Of a DNA stretch of 56,813 nt, positions 28,937 to 38,530 are shown one piece after another. Source of the DNA: an uncultured Gammaproteobacteria bacterium. Its GTDB lineage: Bacteria > Patescibacteriota > Microgenomatia > Levybacterales > GWA1-39-11. The position numbers and the translations under genes are program-made. Each line of letters starts with the position of its first letter. Positions within the stretch are counted from its first letter, which is position 1. Under the pieces are notes generated by a model. That model had not been told where the DNA came from. It saw only the letters and a program-made list of their open reading frames with translations, and did not search any database. The stretch is from positions 47,316 through 104,128 of the forward strand of contig CAYTCO010000001.1 in NCBI GenBank assembly GCA_964436385.1, read 5' to 3'.

Positions 28937-30946
28937 TTAATTGAAAGTAAGTTCTAATTGTGATGGAATATTTGCAATGTGGCTTTCTGTAAACCGGTTT
29001 TTAATAGTATTGATAATGACCAAACACTGATTAATGTAAAAATCATAATTTAAGCAATAATCTGTTATTGGTACGTCTTGGATATCATTTACAATAGTAA
29101 CCCAAAAGCCTTTTTGTAAATGGGTCAGCTCATTGTTTTCTTTATCCTTACTCATTATCATTCCTTCATTGGGATTCTGCTGTGTTACAATCCATCTATT
29201 AGTTTTCTGAAGTATTGTACTTCGACCATGCTTATTTTTCAAAATGACATCAAACTTTTCGATATCCGTTCTTTGGCTTTTAATGAACATGTAGACATCT
29301 GTACAGCTTTTAATGGTTTCCTTAACATCGGTGCCAAAAACATAATAGTCATACAATGCTTTTGATATTATCGGATATTTATATCCTTTTGTCAATGCCT
29401 GCTCTACATTGAAAAAGCCTTTCAATTTCACATCACCACTTTCTGTAATAATCAGATAATTGTTAACGTCATACAACACCATCTTTTTGTAAAGCTTGTA
29501 TTCCAATTTGAATCGATACGTTTCTTCCCATTTACTACATAGTTTAAGTACTGCAGCGTATTGATCAATGGGTATCCGAATAGTCAAACCATCCGTATTA
29601 CTATACACTACCGTTGCTGAAGTATATAGTTCCAGGATTTCAATTAGTATTATTAAATACAATTCACCATTCAGGCATGTTTTCAATGTAACCAAAGGGT
29701 CATACAAAAACGAATAAATACTATTGGTTAAGCCAAAGGTACCATTGGCAACGATTTTAAGCGTATCGGCATCCGTAGCATACATTTTGTTGGTTTTTGA
29801 CAGTGCTTTAGCTGTTACCCTGGGAATGATGATTTTGTTTCTGTAAATAGAGTTGAATCTAGGTCCTATATGAGCCGGGAATAAATCCTCATTATCTATG
29901 ATTCGTGGATAATATCCTTCTACGTCAATATCCATGTAAATAAATGAATCATTGCTTTCCAATATCTCAGGATTATTATTGGAATGAATGCCGCCAATAC
30001 CTATGGTATGAAAACAGTACTTAGACTTATAGATGAATTCGAATTGTTTTTTAGTCTTTTTCTTTTCATCTTCCAGTTTGTTAGGATCTATTTTCGACTT
30101 GGCTATGTGTTCCAATAATCGCTTTCCTTCTTTGGTGTAAAGCCGCAATGTAGGGTTTATACAATCCTTTAAATAAATCATATCCCGGAACGTTCTTCCC
30201 TTTTTCAGTTTTGCAATTGGAATATTTAATTCTTCAGAAATGAACTTCAACAAAACAGCTTTTGCTATATCAGTTCGACAGCTATTCAATACATCTATAT
30301 TGTTACGTTTGGAGATATCACTTCTTAATCGGATTTCTTCGGATTGGGATTGCAATACCAATTCAGTGATATCGACATCGTTATCAAGGTATATTAACAC
30401 CTGATCAGCTTGGTTTCGGTCTAACATTAACTCATGGTGATATGGCAAATCTATAATGGTATGCCATTTCAAATTAACTGCTAATTGCTTCAGTGATACC
30501 CTTTCTATTTTGTTGAAAATAACCATTAAATCAAAAGAATCGACAAACTTCAGTTTTTTATACTTCCGTACTATTTTTGAACTTTCCGTTTTGCGATCAT
30601 GCTGACTGGCTATAGCCATATTTGCAAGCTGCTTAATCTCTCTTGTAATGGTTAAGGCATCGGCCTTTATCAATCTTTCGCGCTCGTACATCAAATAGTT
30701 AATGATGATATCATCAAATTCTTGATTATTATACCCAACTACTCGCCTAACTCTTTTTAGAAGAAAGTCAAGTAATTGGGTATATTGATTGATAAATACT
30801 TGGTGATTAGCCGGATCTGTCCAAATATAAAAGCATTCTCGCAATCGCGTTTCTGTACTTTTAAAGCCCAGTGCAAGAAGATTAGGATAGGTTTCAATAT
30901 CGTATATGAACGTTTCCTTGTTTTTACCTTTTGTTATCGTATTCAT
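28937..30946 (-). CDS. DNA polymerase, family B-like with 3'-5' exonuclease
   Basis: Exo motifs YDIETYPN, GYNNQEFDD and YLDNDVDIT. Pol motifs YMDIDVEGYYP, KIVANGTFG and YSNTDGLTI. Confidence 0.8.
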   Translation of the reverse strand: MNTITKGKNKETFIYDIETYPNLLALGFKSTETRLRECFYIWTDPANHQVFINQYTQLLDFLLKRVRRVVGYNNQEFDDIIINYLMYERERLIKADALTITREIKQLANMAIASQHDRKTESSKIVRKYKKLKFVDSFDLMVIFNKIERVSLKQLAVNLKWHTIIDLPYHHELMLDRNQADQVLIYLDNDVDITELVLQSQSEEIRLRSDISKRNNIDVLNSCRTDIAKAVLLKFISEELNIPIAKLKKGRTFRDMIYLKDCINPTLRLYTKEGKRLLEHIAKSKIDPNKLEDEKKKTKKQFEFIYKSKYCFHTIGIGGIHSNNNPEILESNDSFIYMDIDVEGYYPRIIDNEDLFPAHIGPRFNSIYRNKIIIPRVTAKALSKTNKMYATDADTLKIVANGTFGLTNSIYSFLYDPLVTLKTCLNGELYLIILIEILELYTSATVVYSNTDGLTIRIPIDQYAAVLKLCSKWEETYRFKLEYKLYKKMVLYDVNNYLIITESGDVKLKGFFNVEQALTKGYKYPIISKALYDYYVFGTDVKETIKSCTDVYMFIKSQRTDIEKFDVILKNKHGRSTILQKTNRWIVTQQNPNEGMIMSKDKENNELTHLQKGFWVTIVNDIQDVPITDYCLNYDFYINQCLVIINTIKNRFTESHIANIPSQLELTFN

Positions 30947-32048
30947 ATATTATTTGAGTTTTAAACAAATCTTCCATTCGGAATAAATTACCATTTTTTC
31001 TATATTGTAAGCGTTGTTTAAAATCATCGTTATTGGCAATCATGATATGAATTTCGTCTAATATGGGCTGCCATCCTTCTACATAGCCAACCACTCCCAT
31101 ATTGCCACCATTTCTAGCTACTACACGATCTTCCTTAGTCATTTCATACATGCTGAAGCGAGGTGATATAGACCGGTCTTTGAAAATCACTAAGAACTGA
31201 GGATTCAAGACAGTATAAATGTTATTGCCCATGTACATTTCCTCAAGTGTTGCATACATATCACCTTGGATATCATAGCGATATTTGAAGTAGTTGTATT
31301 TAAACATTTCAGGTGTTTGAGCTGTCTTGATATCAATAATCCGTATGGTTTTGGCTTTGTGATTGATTATTTTAATATCACGTTTTCCTTTGATTCCGAA
31401 TTGATCACAATAACCTTCGGACTGAAATATGACTTCAACCCAGTCAGGTCTTTTAGAAGCATGTCTTATAGCTTGAATAGTAGGCCCATAAATAGAATCG
31501 TTTTCAAGGACTTCCATGGTTTCAGCAAGCCCATTAAAAGTATCCATATCAATCATGGTTTTATCAGCACATTCTGTTAATTGTGAAAAGTATTTATTCC
31601 CTTTATCAATAACACTTTGTATTCTAGTAGGCATTTTCCAATTGGCTTGGTAATCTTCTTTGATTATCAATTCGGTTAAAATATCCTCTAATTTTAAATG
31701 CGTTAAATCCATTTGTTCTAATGGCAATCCAAAATAGTTAAGCGATTCAGGATTACAAAAATCAGACAAGCATTTTTCAAATATGATTTCAATTATGTTT
31801 TCTATTTTAGGACCTGGTTTAGTACCTGCAAATATGAAATATTTCTTAAGAAATTCATCGCGAGTCATACAGAAGTAATCATCGTATTCATTACCGGCAT
31901 TCATAGCCTTTGTAACCCTTTGATCCTCCGCTGTGATATTTTTATCTATACGGATGCGTTTATAATCTTGAGGGCTTTTTAGAAAAAGCTTGATATCACT
32001 TGGTGCATCATACGGATGCATACGGTATTCGTCTTGTAAGTCGTACAT
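30924..32048 (-). CDS. PD-(D/E)xK nuclease (RecB/Cas4/YqaJ-like exonuclease fold)
   Basis: GKRDIKII ... IRIIDIKTAQT ... YDIQGDMY pattern. Confidence 0.5.
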   Translation of the reverse strand: MYDLQDEYRMHPYDAPSDIKLFLKSPQDYKRIRIDKNITAEDQRVTKAMNAGNEYDDYFCMTRDEFLKKYFIFAGTKPGPKIENIIEIIFEKCLSDFCNPESLNYFGLPLEQMDLTHLKLEDILTELIIKEDYQANWKMPTRIQSVIDKGNKYFSQLTECADKTMIDMDTFNGLAETMEVLENDSIYGPTIQAIRHASKRPDWVEVIFQSEGYCDQFGIKGKRDIKIINHKAKTIRIIDIKTAQTPEMFKYNYFKYRYDIQGDMYATLEEMYMGNNIYTVLNPQFLVIFKDRSISPRFSMYEMTKEDRVVARNGGNMGVVGYVEGWQPILDEIHIMIANNDDFKQRLQYRKNGNLFRMEDLFKTQIIYEYDNKR

Positions 32049-32051
32049 ATC

Positions 32052-32909
32052 TTATTTCTTTTTAAATTGTTCAAATAATTCTTTTGTTGTCCAAGATGTA
32101 GAATTTCCACACACTTGAATCCATTTATTATTATGCTTAATAAAAGGATTTATAGGGTCATTTATCCATTCTATAAATTCAATTGCCTCACTATACATTC
32201 TTTCTTGTTGCCATTTAGCACCAAATTTATGTCCTGTTAAAACACCTACTTTTAAAACTTCTAAAATAGATTCCCAAGTAACTGTGCCTTGTGTAGAAGT
32301 ACCTCTTTTTTTAAACTTACTTAATGCTAATTTTTGAGCTTCTTCTAAAGACCATTTACTACAAACTTCTTCAAGTGTTTCTTGTTTATTTAACTGTTTA
32401 TAATTTGAAAATAATGGATTACTTTTTTGTGTGGCATTATCTAATTTTTGTTTTAAATCTACTAACATTTCAGTAGTGAATTGTTTAGCTTCTTCTTTTG
32501 GAATGATTATTTTGTAAATAAGCTTATCATTTACTTTACTAAAAAAGTCAACCTTATTGAGTACTTTAACTTCCTCATAACTTGGATTCTTAACAAACCA
32601 TTCTAAAAATTCATCATCAATAGCTTGTACACCATCTTTGATAAGGTCGGGATCTGTTGTTAAGATTATTTTTTTAACATCTTTATCTACTACATTTTTA
32701 GGGTACATACATTTAATCATTGTATTAGTTCCACTAAGAACATAATTTCCTTCTTTAATCTCTTCATCAGAAGTGATGTAGATGTGTTGAGGTCTAGATG
32801 TACGATAAAAACCTATTTTATCAATAAGGTAATAATTACCTGTTTCTGATAATTGTAGCTTACTTGGTTTACCTGTTGGTATTAAATGTATGTTTTTCAT
32901 TTCATTCAA
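32052..32909 (-). CDS. hypothetical protein (285 aa)
   Basis: Long ORF in the replication block, 3 nt from the next gene. Confidence 0.65.
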   Translation of the reverse strand: MNEMKNIHLIPTGKPSKLQLSETGNYYLIDKIGFYRTSRPQHIYITSDEEIKEGNYVLSGTNTMIKCMYPKNVVDKDVKKIILTTDPDLIKDGVQAIDDEFLEWFVKNPSYEEVKVLNKVDFFSKVNDKLIYKIIIPKEEAKQFTTEMLVDLKQKLDNATQKSNPLFSNYKQLNKQETLEEVCSKWSLEEAQKLALSKFKKRGTSTQGTVTWESILEVLKVGVLTGHKFGAKWQQERMYSEAIEFIEWINDPINPFIKHNNKWIQVCGNSTSWTTKELFEQFKKK

Positions 32910-33067
32910 TTTTATTGTTTAAAATAGGCACTCTGGCAGCTCCCGCCCGTCTTTTGACTTTAAGATATATGGTAAACCGTATTGCTCCGGCGAGAAACTA
33001 TCTTAAGCAAGTCAAATATGTCTAACCCAGTGGCGACGCCAACACTCAAGGGTTTATGCGTTTCTCA

Positions 33068-33622
33068 TTAAAAGGTCTTTCCAAATACTAAAAGAGCCGC
33101 ATCCCGACCATGCTCTGATGTGATACCTTTATATCCTGTACTTTTATTAAATAAATCACCTGTCCATTTCGTCATTGCCTTTTGAGGATGTACCATTTCA
33201 AATGGTATTTTATAGTCAGTTAGAAAAGCTTCCCATATAGAGCAATCTCGTTTAATAGAGCCGGCACCCTGTTGTTTACTTTCTGAATTTCCACCAAACC
33301 ATTTTCGTGCCCGGGCATCTTCAACAATTACTTTGATGTTATGATGTTTATGATAATTATGTGTCATAAATAAGGCATTATGAATAGTAATAGTTTTGAT
33401 TTGAATGAACTTTTTATCTTTAATATTCCATACGGCAAAGCCTGTTTTAGTACCAGGATCTATTCCTATGAATAAATTCAATGCACCTTCATTGTGCACA
33501 CTGGGATTAAGAATAACTAAACGGTCAATGTTACGACTTGTAGCAGGCGCTTTAAATAAGTCCGATGTTTTATTTGCAAAGGTCTCTCGAAATTCTTTAG
33601 CTGTCATTTTATCTTTCATCAT
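33068..33622 (-). CDS. RuvC-like Holliday junction resolvase
   Basis: FIGIDPGTKTGFAVW, VIVEDA and SEHGRDAALLV match the RuvC D-E-D-D arrangement. Confidence 0.65.
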   Translation of the reverse strand: MMKDKMTAKEFRETFANKTSDLFKAPATSRNIDRLVILNPSVHNEGALNLFIGIDPGTKTGFAVWNIKDKKFIQIKTITIHNALFMTHNYHKHHNIKVIVEDARARKWFGGNSESKQQGAGSIKRDCSIWEAFLTDYKIPFEMVHPQKAMTKWTGDLFNKSTGYKGITSEHGRDAALLVFGKTF

Positions 33623-33684
33623 GTGCTATATTTTTAGGTATATGTATTTCGTAATTTATATCCTTAATCATTTTTGTATATTGC

Positions 33685-33918
33685 TCATAATTTTTCTATT
33701 TCGGTTTTAACGTCAAATAAGAATGCGTTCTTTTCTTTGTAGTATTCTAAAGTTATGCCATGTAAAAATAATTCCCCATTTTGCTCTATCATCTCATTCA
33801 CACACCTAAGTGCGCACGTTTTTGCATTAACTTTTGCCCCATCTGCTTTATTAGTAAAATAAATGTGTGCAAATGTGAACTTATCTACCAATTCAATTGC
33901 TTTTTGCTTTGCGTTCAT
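33685..33918 (-). CDS. hypothetical protein (77 aa)
   Basis: Co-directional and overlaps the upstream gene by 4 nt. Confidence 0.5.
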   Translation of the reverse strand: MNAKQKAIELVDKFTFAHIYFTNKADGAKVNAKTCALRCVNEMIEQNGELFLHGITLEYYKEKNAFLFDVKTEIEKL

Positions 33919-34133
33919 TGTGCTATGTTTTTGGAGTCAATAATTATCTCATTAATTATATCATTAATGACTTTATTTGAAAGTCCTTTATTATTAAATC
34001 TTTCAGCACATTCCTTTTTCTGCTCCTCGCAAATCTCTACGAGGGCGTTGTTCAAATCCTCGTGATAATAATCAGGAAGTAGTTGGTCTATATCTATATG
34101 CTTTTCCAGTATCTCTTTTATTTTTCGATTCAT
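33915..34133 (-). CDS. hypothetical protein (72 aa)
   Basis: Co-directional and tightly packed. Confidence 0.5.
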   Translation of the reverse strand: MNRKIKEILEKHIDIDQLLPDYYHEDLNNALVEICEEQKKECAERFNNKGLSNKVINDIINEIIIDSKNIAQ

Positions 34134-34136
34134 GGT

Positions 34137-34844
34137 TTACCATTTAATGAGTTCACCTAATTTATTAGCCCTTATTATAGCATTTGCTTTTGAAAAACAA
34201 TGTACAACCCATTCCGGATTAGGATTCTTTTCGGCAGCAGCTCTGTATAAAGCCGCGGCAGGGTGTTCATCGAATAACAAAAAATGCCCATGTAAAAATA
34301 CATTAACATTCTTTAATATCAATTGGGCATCTCGGCCCCAACCAAACCACAATATCCCTCGTGTAACTTCTTCAAGTCTTGTAACTAAAAATGTGATAAA
34401 GGGCTCCCAAATGGCAGTATGACTACCAGCTGTATTTTCAACTACAGTCAATGAGCTATTTAATAGCAAACCACCCTGTTTAGTCAAATAGGTAAGGTCA
34501 TTATTTCGTGGCTGTTCTGTAGGCCCATTATCACGATGTATGGCATCATAAATCAGCTTCAAGGATTTTGGTGTAGGATTGGATGGCGATGTAGAAAAAG
34601 CCAATCCATCAGGCAATCCTTTAGCTGGATACGGGTCTTGTCCAATGATTACAAAACGCAAATCTTCTAATTTGGTTTCTGTAAAGCATCTGAAGATTTG
34701 AGATTGTTCAGGAAGTATTACTTTCCCGGCTTCTCGATCAGCTTTTAAAGCTGCTAATAATGTGTCCATTTGTGGACTTGTTGCAAAGGGCATGACTACA
34801 TCAGCCCAGGTTTGAAAAATTGCAATTACTTGTTCTCGTGTCAT
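34137..34844 (-). CDS. ung: Uracil-DNA glycosylase (family 1-like)
   Basis: VIIGQDPYPAKGLPDGLAFS (GQDPY motif) and a C-terminal EHPAAALYR segment in the position of HPSPLS. Confidence 0.7.
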   Translation of the reverse strand: MTREQVIAIFQTWADVVMPFATSPQMDTLLAALKADREAGKVILPEQSQIFRCFTETKLEDLRFVIIGQDPYPAKGLPDGLAFSTSPSNPTPKSLKLIYDAIHRDNGPTEQPRNNDLTYLTKQGGLLLNSSLTVVENTAGSHTAIWEPFITFLVTRLEEVTRGILWFGWGRDAQLILKNVNVFLHGHFLLFDEHPAAALYRAAAEKNPNPEWVVHCFSKANAIIRANKLGELIKW

Positions 34845-34849
34845 ATTAT

Positions 34850-36262
34850 TTATTTAATTAAGTTTAAAGTGTCAGTAGGTCGTGTATAAGCCACATATAA
34901 GATTTTATTACGTTCCACATGGTCTCGATTGGTATAGATATCATTTTCTACAACAATGCAATGTGTAAACGTAGAACCTTGTGATTTATGACCTGTAAGG
35001 GTGTAGGCATAGCTTACATTTGCAAAACGCTTTTGGACATTGTAAAAATAATGCCATAATTGTTTATTATATGTAGCTTTTGCGGCATTTGCAATACCCT
35101 GGACAAATGCATCATATCGTCTTTTATCATCGGGATGGATGATAGTGATTTCATGGACTTCATCCAATATGTCTTTCACCGTTGTTCTGAGGCATTTGAA
35201 ATCATCACTGCCATCAGGCTTTCTACCTTTGTCAATATCGACTCTAAAATCCAATACTGTAAATTCATCTGATGTGTTAAATACAAGTTCAAATTTGTAT
35301 GGGTCATAAGGGTATTTGATAAAAATTGGCTTATTGGCAATTAGTTTCTCATTTACTACCAAGGGTACTCGTTCAGAATTAATATTGAAAATCATATTTC
35401 GAATGACATGATTTAATTTTCTATTGGACTCATTGGTATATGAGACTATTCTTACGAAGTCGCTATTGTTAAGGTATTCTTTATCGGTAAATAACTCCTT
35501 AGTATTAGCAAGTACTTTAACTGGTTGGTTGCGATTCCAAATAGCAACAGCACCAAATGAAGTTTTTATATCGTGATAATTATAATCCAACAAATAATGA
35601 TTTATGTGCTCTCTGATATAAGTAGCCAATTGGATAATTGGAGATCCTTGGGCTTGTCTCACTACTTTCAATAAATCAAATCTTTTGATGTTGTATTTTA
35701 ATTGCGTTTCCGGCATGTCAAGAACACATTTCTTTTCATTGACAGGTGGTATTTGACAAAAATCCCCAACAAATAAAAACTTGGTTTTATGATGCTCAGC
35801 ACATTGAAGAATGGTTTCCCATAATGATTTAGACTCTTTTTCATATTTATGTTTATAGTTGGAAATCATTGAGCTTTCGTCAACTATAATAAGAAATGGA
35901 CTATTGGAGTCTGCTGAAAAATCAGGTAGAAACAATTGAGTACCATTGTCTGTTATCTTTTCTTTCAAATTCAATTGCTTGTGCACTGTAGTAAATTCAA
36001 CACCACTATCTACACCCACCTTATTGCGCAATACTTTTACAGCCTTGTTGGTTGTTGCAGTACAAGCCAATGTCAGCATTGGATGATTTTGTACAAAGTA
36101 TCGGATAAACATACTGATAATAGTAGTTTTACCACTTCCTGCAACACCGGTCATTAATGCAAAAAGGTTTGTATTATCCGTCTTTATAAAATCCAATATG
36201 AAATCAAATCCTTGTTTTTGTTCTTCTGTTAAATATTCGTATATCTTCTCTAATGTCTCCAT
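34850..36262 (-). CDS. SF1 DNA helicase (Dda/RecD-like)
   Basis: GVAGSGKTT, LIIVDESSM, VGDFCQIPPV, TGHKSQGSTF and LYVAYTRPTDTL. Confidence 0.9.
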   Translation of the reverse strand: METLEKIYEYLTEEQKQGFDFILDFIKTDNTNLFALMTGVAGSGKTTIISMFIRYFVQNHPMLTLACTATTNKAVKVLRNKVGVDSGVEFTTVHKQLNLKEKITDNGTQLFLPDFSADSNSPFLIIVDESSMISNYKHKYEKESKSLWETILQCAEHHKTKFLFVGDFCQIPPVNEKKCVLDMPETQLKYNIKRFDLLKVVRQAQGSPIIQLATYIREHINHYLLDYNYHDIKTSFGAVAIWNRNQPVKVLANTKELFTDKEYLNNSDFVRIVSYTNESNRKLNHVIRNMIFNINSERVPLVVNEKLIANKPIFIKYPYDPYKFELVFNTSDEFTVLDFRVDIDKGRKPDGSDDFKCLRTTVKDILDEVHEITIIHPDDKRRYDAFVQGIANAAKATYNKQLWHYFYNVQKRFANVSYAYTLTGHKSQGSTFTHCIVVENDIYTNRDHVERNKILYVAYTRPTDTLNLIK

Positions 36263-36264
36263 TG

Positions 36265-36597
36265 TTATTTTTTATGTTTGTTTAGCCATGTAATAAATTC
36301 AACCACTGCTGTGTAAATTGTTTTAATGTTAACTGTTATCAATGCTTTATTAAGCACTTCATTCCAATCACCGAATTCTATTATTCCAATACGTTTAGCA
36401 GTTTCTATGCTTTTTATTTTTTCAACAACGGGCATTAGCCAATTCCATGAAGTATGATATGGAATATAAGCATTATCATATATTTTTATGCCATTTTTAA
36501 ACCATGCCATATGGGAACTACCTGAAAAATCTCCTGTTTCTGATTCTTCAAGTTCCATAAATGTAGCTATTGATTTATTTTGCGTTAATGTCTCCAT
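36265..36597 (-). CDS. hypothetical protein (110 aa)
   Basis: Overlaps the primase 3' end by 13 nt. Confidence 0.55.
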   Translation of the reverse strand: METLTQNKSIATFMELEESETGDFSGSSHMAWFKNGIKIYDNAYIPYHTSWNWLMPVVEKIKSIETAKRIGIIEFGDWNEVLNKALITVNIKTIYTAVVEFITWLNKHKK

Positions 36598-37625
36598 TTA
36601 ATAATGTTTTTATATGTTTTTAATTGGTGTTGTGATGTTCTGAAATTGGCTATGAAGTCAATAACCTCATAGCATTTTTTGTAATTGATTTCCCATAGGT
36701 CCGTAATGTTTTTGGCATTATAGGAAACTGGTAAAAACATACAAGGTATTTTAAATTGCTTTCTCAATACCCAGGCGCCATGATATCCCGCTAAGTCATT
36801 GTCATAAAAACTAATAATGTAAGTACAGTGTAGTTTTAAATAATCAATTACTTCTTGTGAGTAATAATGATTTTCACCATGTATGGCTATTGCATGAATG
36901 CCAAAAGTTCTAAAAAATACAACTTCTTTCATTGCTTTTGTTAAAACCATGATACGCGGTTTTGTGTGTTCAATGTTGCATTGGTGCAAGCCTTGAATAT
37001 CTGTTTTATTATCGATCACACCTAAGAATTTATTCTTTTTATCGGGCTCTAAGGGTCTATAACATTTAATGTTTTTACTCCAAGGAAAGTAGTAATAAAA
37101 TATAGGATTATTTGCTTTGGTTTGCCATATCAGCTCTTTATTCAAAAAGATTTGCCAGGCTGAGCCAATGTAATAAATCGCCAAATAAACTGTATTTATA
37201 TCCCACGTTTTCCATACTGCAATTTCTTCAGCACTGAAGTCATTCTTTTTTACGACTTGCAGTAGTCGTTTCTTTTTCTTTTGGTTAGTACTATTTTCAA
37301 ATATCTTATCCTCAAACTGTGATGAAAACTGTGATGAAAACTTCATATACAAAAAATGGAGAATATCTGAAAATCGTTGAAGATTCTCCATTTTTCCTAC
37401 GAACTTAAATACATCACCTCCTTCCCCTGTTTTAAAATCTTTCCATAACCACCGTTCTTTATAAAAAAAGCTAAAACTTGGGTTTTTATCTTTTCTAAAA
37501 GGGCTATGGGTAATATTGCTAGGAAATGAGGAACAGTAATATTTATAAATAACATCTTCGGGTAATTCATCAAGTAAATCTTTGGCTGAGACATTGATAC
37601 GTATATGGGCTAATGTAAAATTCAT
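36585..37625 (-). CDS. DnaG-like primase (TOPRIM) with cysteine-less zinc-ribbon-like N-terminus
   Basis: HSPFRKDKNPSFSF...WKDFKTGEGGDVFKFV resembles the DnaG zinc-binding region but lacks the Cys residues. TOPRIM-like MVLTKAMKEVV ... FYDNDLAGYHGA. Confidence 0.65.
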   Translation of the reverse strand: MNFTLAHIRINVSAKDLLDELPEDVIYKYYCSSFPSNITHSPFRKDKNPSFSFFYKERWLWKDFKTGEGGDVFKFVGKMENLQRFSDILHFLYMKFSSQFSSQFEDKIFENSTNQKKKKRLLQVVKKNDFSAEEIAVWKTWDINTVYLAIYYIGSAWQIFLNKELIWQTKANNPIFYYYFPWSKNIKCYRPLEPDKKNKFLGVIDNKTDIQGLHQCNIEHTKPRIMVLTKAMKEVVFFRTFGIHAIAIHGENHYYSQEVIDYLKLHCTYIISFYDNDLAGYHGAWVLRKQFKIPCMFLPVSYNAKNITDLWEINYKKCYEVIDFIANFRTSQHQLKTYKNIIKWRH

Positions 37626-37640
37626 AAAGAGTAGGGATAA

Positions 37641-37674
37641 GAAAGCCGGGCAAACACCCGGCTTTCTTTTTTTT
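37641..37674. terminator. GC-rich hairpin with T-run on the + strand (A-run on the gene strand)
   Basis: GAAAGCCGGG / CCCGGCTTTC stem with loop CAAACA, then T8 on the + strand. Confidence 0.5.
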
Positions 37675-37687
37675 AATAATTAATAAA

Positions 37688-38491
37688 TTAGAATAAATTA
37701 GCATTTGCTAAGTTAGGTTCTGCTGAAAACGAATCTTCAGTAGGTGTACTAAAGCCATCGGCTGAGGCTCCTACATTGTAAGCCAGAAGTGATTCATCAG
37801 ATGATGGTGCTGCAGCAACGCCGGTATACTTTTTCACAAGACATTTAATGTCGTAATCAGACAATACAATTTTAGTCTTTTGACCAGGTATGTGTTGTGT
37901 GAATGCAACATTGTTAGAAGCCGGTGTACTGATAGTCAATTGACTGGTTTTATGTTTATCGGAATTGCGATATACGATTTTCATGTCAATTGGATTATTA
38001 GGCATACCATTTGCATATAAGCCTACAAATCCTTTTCCCATGGATACAAAGGCATTTTCAATAGGTACATTACAAAATGGTGTCAACTGCTCTTGGGCAG
38101 CGACATAAGTTTTACCCAAGGCTTTAATCAATTGCAGTAAGAAAATAGCTACGGCTTCATGGTCTTTAATAATTTGCTCAGATGGTGTGTTTTTACCTAT
38201 TTCTACACCTTTTTGGTATTTCTTAGCCAAAAACTTAACATCTTCAGGTACCGTAGCAGGTGCAAATACCCTTTCGTCATACTCAATCATATTTGCAGGG
38301 TCATCCTTATCGGGAATGTTAAATTTGAGAAGAATGCACTTATATGCGTTTTTCTTTTTTTCAGGATCTGCTTCCTGCTCTGTAAATTCACATCCTGCAA
38401 ATTTTACATTTTCATAAATACCGGGTTCCGTTATTCTCTTTTTTTGAACGGAATCATCGAGTTGCTTAAAGACATTTAAAAAATCAGACAT
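37688..38491 (-). CDS. hypothetical protein (267 aa), transcriptionally insulated
   Basis: Own -7 box upstream and hairpin downstream. No motif recognised. Confidence 0.7.
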   Translation of the reverse strand: MSDFLNVFKQLDDSVQKKRITEPGIYENVKFAGCEFTEQEADPEKKKNAYKCILLKFNIPDKDDPANMIEYDERVFAPATVPEDVKFLAKKYQKGVEIGKNTPSEQIIKDHEAVAIFLLQLIKALGKTYVAAQEQLTPFCNVPIENAFVSMGKGFVGLYANGMPNNPIDMKIVYRNSDKHKTSQLTISTPASNNVAFTQHIPGQKTKIVLSDYDIKCLVKKYTGVAAAPSSDESLLAYNVGASADGFSTPTEDSFSAEPNLANANLF

Positions 38492-38520
38492 TTTATATTG
38501 GTTTTAAAGTTAATAATAGA

Positions 38521-38528
38521 CAAATTTA
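38521..38528 (-). promoter_or_regulatory. -7 box TAAATTTG for the 267-aa gene
   Basis: CAAATTTA on the + strand fits TAnnTTTG on the - strand and lies 30 nt upstream of the ATG at 38491. Confidence 0.4.
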
Positions 38529-38530
38529 GT

